Assembly (NCBI GenBank): GCA_963749345.1
Contig: CAVVMO010000004.1
Location: forward strand, 135,187-199,186
Length of the DNA stretch: 64,000 bases
From: an uncultured Bacteroidales bacterium
Lineage (GTDB): Bacteria > Bacteroidota > Bacteroidia > Bacteroidales > JAADJA01
Direction of reading: 5' to 3'
The notes beneath the pieces were generated by a model that made no database searches, was not told the DNA's origin, and was given only the letters and a program-made list of their open reading frames with translations. Below, piece after piece: positions 58,216 through 64,000 of this stretch. The position numbers and the translations under genes are program-made. The stretch's first letter is position 1; every line of letters starts with the position of its first letter.

Positions 58216-60839
58216 TATTTCATGATCACCAGTTTTTTATCAATAAACCCTTTTTGTCCTGTTAACCGAAGATAGTAAACACCCTCTTTCATTTCAGGCA
58301 GATCAATTTGCATTTCACCCGTTTCCGGATTTAAATTCTCTGCTCTATATACAGAACGTCCGGTCAGATCGACAATTTCTATCTCAAACGGGGATGTTAA
58401 GGCATTCCAATTTATTGAATTTAATGTAATAGAACCTGATGTAGGGTTTGGATATATTGTTACCAGATTAGGATCATTGTATTCCTCAATCCCAAAAATT
58501 CCTTTCTCGATAAGGATTTCTAGAAGATAGGTTCCCGTTTGTCCCTGGTAATAATTTGAGACAACAAAATAAACGGTTTGTCCCCCTTCCATTACAAAAT
58601 AACCATCCAAAATATCATCATAAACTTCTGTCCAGTTTCCACCTGCACCAAAAGCCCATAACACATCATCTGTGTAAGTGATTCCGTTGCCACTATTATA
58701 GCTGTCATGTGCTCTTGGGGTAATTTTATATTGGAAACCCGATGGTAAGTCTATTTTAAAATAATCCATGTCATTTCCAGTATGGATATTTGATCCGTTA
58801 GTATTTATCACGACCTGACTTCCCGGAATATTTAACGGAAGCTGGTAAGCCTGTTCGACGGTTTCATTATTCTCATACATATCTCCCGGTAGCTGGGGCG
58901 CTGCGATTTGAATGGTAATTGGATTTGAAAAATCATCAGAGCCAACCAGTGTCCAGTTTTCTCCATCTGGTGTATCCCAAATGGCCAGGATATAAGAACC
59001 AGCGGGCACGTTCACACCAGAACAAGTAAATTGAAGATCATCAATATAATACCATGAGGGTAAATCCAGTTGAGGAGTAATGGCAAGTTCTTCCAAATAG
59101 GTCCCTTCCGAATCATACAAATCCGCTGAAACCCAACCATTGAAAGTCTGGTTTCCGTAATTAATAATGTCAAAAGTAATCTGGAACTCTTCATTGCTAA
59201 CAATGTTAATTGGGTTTAAGCTGATTGAAGAATACATCTGCATGTCATTCGCCGGACCTACAATACTGACAGAGGCATAATTTGCAAATTCACCTGCCCC
59301 AATGATTGCCCAGTTGCCTGTACCGGATTTATAATAAATACCAATGTAATAGGTACCCGGTGTAGCAAGCATACCATCGGTGTGAAAAGTATATGAATCA
59401 TAGTTCATCGTAGGTAAACTAATTCCGGATAATTCCTCAATAAAATCTACAAAGTCACCCTGCTCATTGAAAAGTGCTGCTGCCAAACTGCCTGAAAAAT
59501 TGGATTCATCGAAATTTCCGATGTCAATCGTAACATCAAATTCATAGGTAAAATCAATCGGTAGCGGATCAACATACATTGAGGAATAAGCGCGAAGATC
59601 GAACTGGGTTCCTCCCCCACCACCTCCACCGCTTCCTGGCTCAATACCAATAAGCGCCTGCTGGCCGGAATTAAATGATCCGCTTCCACCACCTGCGCCG
59701 CCGGTTCCGGGGCTAAGGTCATTCAATGAATAAAATCCATCATAAACACCTCCCCAACCCCAGTTCATATGGAAAAAATTGCTGTTGTCATAACCATCGC
59801 AAACCCAGGTATGGCCTCCTCCTTGCCCAAAACCGGCATATTGAATTGGTCTGCCTGCATCCAGATCAGTTTTCAGCATTTGTATCCAGGTTGCGTCGTT
59901 ATAATTTTCCCTGAAAAGACCCTGAAGGGTATTTTTATAACCAAAGTAGGTTTTAAAAGCATATTCGCAGCAATGAGTTATGGGCGACTGGGCCTCGATA
60001 ACATAACCTCCACTTCCTCCTGTAGCCGCTACACCATATTGCATTTCAATACCTACACCACAGTGGAACATTAGTGTAGCTATGGCATTATTTGAACCAC
60101 TAAGTGAATTTGGCATATTGTTCCAGTCATAAGTTGTTGCTTCAAAATTAGCTGACAAAGTACCATAATTCTCTGAGTTATAGCTATGATAGCCGGTTCC
60201 GTTTGACGGATAATTCCAAAACTTCATGATTTGAGCCATCGCAGTAGCCGGACATCCGGTTACGGTCAACTCATTATAGTTGTTATCATAGGGGCAAAGG
60301 TCATTATAGTAAGGAGCTTGATTCCAGGTGGTCGACATAAGAGGATCAACAGCTGTAAAGGATTTGAAATTCATCACTGCCTTGTTCCCAAGTAAAGAAC
60401 CCCAGGCATTCTGTACCTGAATTTCCGGTTCGAATTTAATTTTTGTAAGTTCTACTATTTCCTGGGCTCGCCGTTCTAATAAGCCCTCCAATGCAGGAGG
60501 AAGGTTTTCACCTGTAAAAGTACCTTTCAATGCATAGCCAATAACAGGAAGTGCCCGATCATCGGCTGAAATTATTACAAATCCATCGTTTTCACTTGCA
60601 TTGAAAACATAGAAAAGGTCGATTTCTTGTTCGATCGGCTCATTCTTAGTAAAGCTTGTATTTGTATAGGTAACTACAAGATTAAATTCCGGGAGCTCAG
60701 TTACCTGCAGTTTGGCTTTCTCAGCCATCACGCTATAATGCTTTTGAGCAGCTTTTTTTGCAGTTAATACTGAAACTGGTTCAGTGAAAACGGCAATGGA
60801 TAAAAATAATCCAAAAAATAAGAGTAAGGTTGTTTTCAT
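58215..60839 (-). CDS. C10 (streptopain/interpain-like) cysteine peptidase with a Spi-like prodomain, Ig-like domains and a T9SS CTD
   Basis: Prodomain GFVIISADDRALPVIGY, WNQAPYYN, TGCPATAMAQIM (catalytic Cys), GHTWVCDGY (catalytic His), HMNWGWGG, CTD IYPNPT…GVYYLRL…KLVIMK; start ATG 60839. Confidence 0.93.
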   Translation of the reverse strand: MKTTLLLFFGLFLSIAVFTEPVSVLTAKKAAQKHYSVMAEKAKLQVTELPEFNLVVTYTNTSFTKNEPIEQEIDLFYVFNASENDGFVIISADDRALPVIGYALKGTFTGENLPPALEGLLERRAQEIVELTKIKFEPEIQVQNAWGSLLGNKAVMNFKSFTAVDPLMSTTWNQAPYYNDLCPYDNNYNELTVTGCPATAMAQIMKFWNYPSNGTGYHSYNSENYGTLSANFEATTYDWNNMPNSLSGSNNAIATLMFHCGVGIEMQYGVAATGGSGGYVIEAQSPITHCCEYAFKTYFGYKNTLQGLFRENYNDATWIQMLKTDLDAGRPIQYAGFGQGGGHTWVCDGYDNSNFFHMNWGWGGVYDGFYSLNDLSPGTGGAGGGSGSFNSGQQALIGIEPGSGGGGGGGTQFDLRAYSSMYVDPLPIDFTYEFDVTIDIGNFDESNFSGSLAAALFNEQGDFVDFIEELSGISLPTMNYDSYTFHTDGMLATPGTYYIGIYYKSGTGNWAIIGAGEFANYASVSIVGPANDMQMYSSISLNPINIVSNEEFQITFDIINYGNQTFNGWVSADLYDSEGTYLEELAITPQLDLPSWYYIDDLQFTCSGVNVPAGSYILAIWDTPDGENWTLVGSDDFSNPITIQIAAPQLPGDMYENNETVEQAYQLPLNIPGSQVVINTNGSNIHTGNDMDYFKIDLPSGFQYKITPRAHDSYNSGNGITYTDDVLWAFGAGGNWTEVYDDILDGYFVMEGGQTVYFVVSNYYQGQTGTYLLEILIEKGIFGIEEYNDPNLVTIYPNPTSGSITLNSINWNALTSPFEIEIVDLTGRSVYRAENLNPETGEMQIDLPEMKEGVYYLRLTGQKGFIDKKLVIMK

Positions 60840-60977
60840 AGTATTTGATTTTATGTTAATGTTCTTTTTCGCCATAAACCTGTTATGTTTTTACCTGGTG
60901 CAGATTTTTACTTCAGATCCATGTTCCGCCAGCATTTTTATCCAGCTGTTATGAATAGCAATATAACAAAAACCTAT

Positions 60978-63383
60978 CTAAAATGTTAGTGAATATTGTA
61001 AAAGAATCTTCCTCATCTGTTCAGCTTTTAAAGGTCGTAAAGAGTACCATTGATTTAATACATTATCTATAATAAAGGAAACTTTATGTTTCTCCTTGAA
61101 TAGCTGGCTGATCCGAAAATCAAAAATAAAACTACCATTATTATGATTATAATAATAGTCCATATAGTCAATGGGTTGTACAGTACCACCGGTTTGCTTT
61201 GTAAAGTCTTCCAAATCCTCAATCGCTTTGTCTAAGTTTTCTATTCTGCTGAAATACTTAAACCCAATTCCAGTTGAAAAATTACCTATGTCAAATTCAA
61301 TATCCGCTTTAACAGTATGTAAAAACCTATATTTAAGAATATCCTTGCTTGGATCCACACTTGTTGTCTGGAAACTGAATTCACTATTAGCACCCAAACT
61401 ATAGTCCTCTGCAAAAATATAATCAGGATCCAGTGTTTTTGGCATGATATAATTATAACCGATCATTGTTTTTAATACTGCATTCTTAGTCAATTGAGCC
61501 TTGCCGGTTACAGAAATATCAATACCTATAATTCGGGATTTACCAGTATTTACAAAGCGAAAACCATAAAATGGCCATGTAAAGGTAGAGTCCCATTTTC
61601 CAAATAAGTACTCAATTGTATTTTCATAATCCTGTTGAAAGACTGCAAAATCAATATAACCAAAATAATTGATAAATTTAAACCCTTGTTTTATACCAAT
61701 TTCAGCATTCAGGCTGCTTTCAGGGACCAAACCCGGGTTGTCAAATACTCCAAACGACCCTACGTCCATACGAATAAATTTTTCTGCAATAGTTGGATAT
61801 CGAAATCCCTGTCCGACAGATGCACGTAAATAAGTTTCCTGCAATAGTTTAAATGACAAACCAGCTCTGAATACAGGCTTTGTTTCATTGGTCGTATTAT
61901 TCATGCTATAGTGTTCCAACCTGGCGCCGGCCGAAAAATTGACCACTTTAAAAATATTAAAATCAATTTCAGCATAACCCGAAAGATTTAACAAATGATT
62001 ATTCGGAGAACCGGATCCTGTGTACATGTTCGAGTTCACATCATTGTATTGAAATGTGATCCCTCCTATGAAAGCCATTCCTTTAAAGAACTTGTATTTC
62101 CTGCCAAAATTATAATCTCCGAAATACACTGTTGATCGTATATTTTGATCATTGGATTGATCTGTGTTATTATATAATACCCTTGCCTTAAAGGAGTGGG
62201 TATCTCCATTTTTAGCAAAGAGATTTACAAATGGATCTAGGTAAAAAGAAAACTGATCCTGCAATAAAACAGCGCCGGGATAGGCACGATAAAATCCTTC
62301 ATCCAAATCGAGCCATGCAAGAACCAAATTGCTTTGGTTGTACATAATGTTGCCATTAACGCCGTAATTTAATCCCTTTACCCTTTCCGATCGTTGTCTT
62401 ATGTTAAAATTTAACCGGTATCGCTTTTTGGCCATTTGCTTATCTGTAAAATCAGTGAGTGTATCATTTACCAATGTCCCGGGACGCGGAGCGCCAATAT
62501 AACCATGATCAAGCAACACATTGGCGCCAATGGTAAAATCCGTATTTTTGATCATCCGTGTATGGAAATAATCAGCGCCGGTTTCATAAGGAAAATCATT
62601 CCACCACTTCATTTCCTTATCTTTTGGAGTGGAATATGCTCCTCCGAATACTTTTATCCTGGTCAATGGTTCCAGTTTAGGCCGCGCGGTCCGTATATAT
62701 ATTGCTCCGCTTAATGCACTGGATCCTGACAATACGGAAGCACAACCTTTCACAATTTCAATTTGATCAATGTTTTCGGTGGGTATCAAATCCCAGTATG
62801 GTCGGGCTGCATCCCCTGAAAGCACCGGCATATCATCAATAAAAATAGCCACTTTGCTACCAACGCCAAAAGTAAATCCGCTACCTCCTCGTATCTGGGG
62901 TTCTCCATCCAATATATTTAACCCGGGAGCATAATCCAGAATGGAAGTAATATTCGTAACATTTTTACTTTGAATAATCTCGGGTTTGATTATCTCCATT
63001 GATGTGGTAATCTCCTCAATTGACCTGTCAAACCTTCCGACTTTGATTTCAACCCCCTGCAACTCGTTTACATAAGGTTTTAATCTAATCTCTTTATTTA
63101 ATGTTTCACCCGACTTGATATTGACATCAAGTGTAGCAGTTTGCATTCCAGTAAAGGAAACAACGAAAACATAATGTCCTTCAGAGAGTTTTATGCTATA
63201 ATGGCCGTTTATATCAGTTATAGCACCTGTTGACAAATCACCTTTAAGCTTAATATGAACTCCAATCAAGGATTCTCCTGTATCATCCGCTTTAACAACA
63301 CCTTCAAGATAACCATCATTTTGAGCTATAACCTGGAAAGCACATAAAGCCAATAGTATAAAGATAATGGAAATACATTTCAT
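60978..63383 (-). CDS. TonB-dependent receptor with an N-terminal carboxypeptidase-regulatory-like domain
   Basis: Signal peptide, GESLIGV..GAITDINGHY, plug domain (IRGGSGF…IDQIEIVKG), NPGLVPESS..EIG, C-terminal Phe. Confidence 0.9.
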   Translation of the reverse strand: MKCISIIFILLALCAFQVIAQNDGYLEGVVKADDTGESLIGVHIKLKGDLSTGAITDINGHYSIKLSEGHYVFVVSFTGMQTATLDVNIKSGETLNKEIRLKPYVNELQGVEIKVGRFDRSIEEITTSMEIIKPEIIQSKNVTNITSILDYAPGLNILDGEPQIRGGSGFTFGVGSKVAIFIDDMPVLSGDAARPYWDLIPTENIDQIEIVKGCASVLSGSSALSGAIYIRTARPKLEPLTRIKVFGGAYSTPKDKEMKWWNDFPYETGADYFHTRMIKNTDFTIGANVLLDHGYIGAPRPGTLVNDTLTDFTDKQMAKKRYRLNFNIRQRSERVKGLNYGVNGNIMYNQSNLVLAWLDLDEGFYRAYPGAVLLQDQFSFYLDPFVNLFAKNGDTHSFKARVLYNNTDQSNDQNIRSTVYFGDYNFGRKYKFFKGMAFIGGITFQYNDVNSNMYTGSGSPNNHLLNLSGYAEIDFNIFKVVNFSAGARLEHYSMNNTTNETKPVFRAGLSFKLLQETYLRASVGQGFRYPTIAEKFIRMDVGSFGVFDNPGLVPESSLNAEIGIKQGFKFINYFGYIDFAVFQQDYENTIEYLFGKWDSTFTWPFYGFRFVNTGKSRIIGIDISVTGKAQLTKNAVLKTMIGYNYIMPKTLDPDYIFAEDYSLGANSEFSFQTTSVDPSKDILKYRFLHTVKADIEFDIGNFSTGIGFKYFSRIENLDKAIEDLEDFTKQTGGTVQPIDYMDYYYNHNNGSFIFDFRISQLFKEKHKVSFIIDNVLNQWYSLRPLKAEQMRKILLQYSLTF

Positions 63384-63445
63384 CTGATAAAATCTATCGA
63401 ATATCACAAAAGGAATTCAGAAGCATTTTGTATTAATCTCAACCT

Positions 63446-64000
63446 TTAAAATCCCTGATTTTTTATATAAATTTTTCGGCTAATGACATAGTCATCAGAA
63501 CTGATTTTTACAATGCAGATCCCGCTTAAATTAAGCGTTGGTTCAAGAGAAATTTCATCAGAAACTATTTTACTTTGCCATAAGGGCCTTCCAACAAGAT
63601 CAAAAATCTCAAGGGTAGAATGCATCCTTAAATCGTCGGATAGATTACTGATATGCAACGTATTCGCAGTAACATATACACCTACCTGCTCTAATGGATT
63701 TTCATTTATCGCCTGATCTCCTCCGATAATTTCGAGGTCATCATAAAAGGCAATACTTCCAACATTGGGGGTTGTTCCATTTCCGGATGTAATAATGATT
63801 AAAATATACTCAGGTGTTCTGCTATCAAAATAATCAAAGGCAAGTGCAATGCGTGTCCAATTTTCAAATGTGCCTCCAATATCCGCGCGGGTATAAGCAA
63901 CCCGATTGGCTTCATTCTCAGGTTTTGGAGGTAAGGTTGCTTCATCTACATGCAATAGCGCCTGGAATTGCAATGTGTCATTTCCGTCAGGAAGAAACTT
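63446..64000 (-). CDS. Partial secreted protein with a PCMD-like domain and a probable T9SS CTD; 5' end lies outside the window
   Basis: Frame is open to the window edge (KFLPDGNDTLQF…WTRIALAFDY…PEYILIIITSG…GSIAFYDDLEI), followed by IFDLVGR…GICIVKI…SRKIYI. Confidence 0.7.
   Translation of the reverse strand, partial: KFLPDGNDTLQFQALLHVDEATLPPKPENEANRVAYTRADIGGTFENWTRIALAFDYFDSRTPEYILIIITSGNGTTPNVGSIAFYDDLEIIGGDQAINENPLEQVGVYVTANTLHISNLSDDLRMHSTLEIFDLVGRPLWQSKIVSDEISLEPTLNLSGICIVKISSDDYVISRKIYIKNQGF

Overview
An AT-rich chromosomal segment, most likely from a Bacteroidota (Bacteroidales-like) anaerobe or facultative anaerobe. That assignment rests on TAnnTTTG promoters, T9SS cargo proteins, a TonB-dependent receptor and PFOR. 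The window is mostly housekeeping genes (purA, fur, relA/spoT, gap, dsbD, tilS, radA, panCD, an acyl-CoA carboxylase, thioredoxins, mutS2, nifJ) plus several large secreted or surface proteins. It also holds a four-gene mevalonate operon set back-to-back with a geranylgeranyl reductase-menG/ubiE-DUF6125 operon. I saw no rRNA, tRNA, CRISPR array, transposase or prophage. The most striking signal is a full-length, intact GAPDH paralog overlapping the canonical gap gene by 4 bp. It has lost the catalytic Cys and the phosphate-binding residues but kept the oligomer-interface S-loop, so it is a candidate pseudoenzyme or regulatory subunit. Other signals are a stand-alone PID-CTERM-like Gly/Pro micro-protein, a Cys-less DHOD-like flavoprotein divergent from nifJ, probable leaderless mRNAs, a structured leader before a 1743-aa mosaic surface protein, a MITE-like inverted repeat and two local frameshift clusters that are probably assembly errors. 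All family assignments come from motif recognition by eye; no database search was run.
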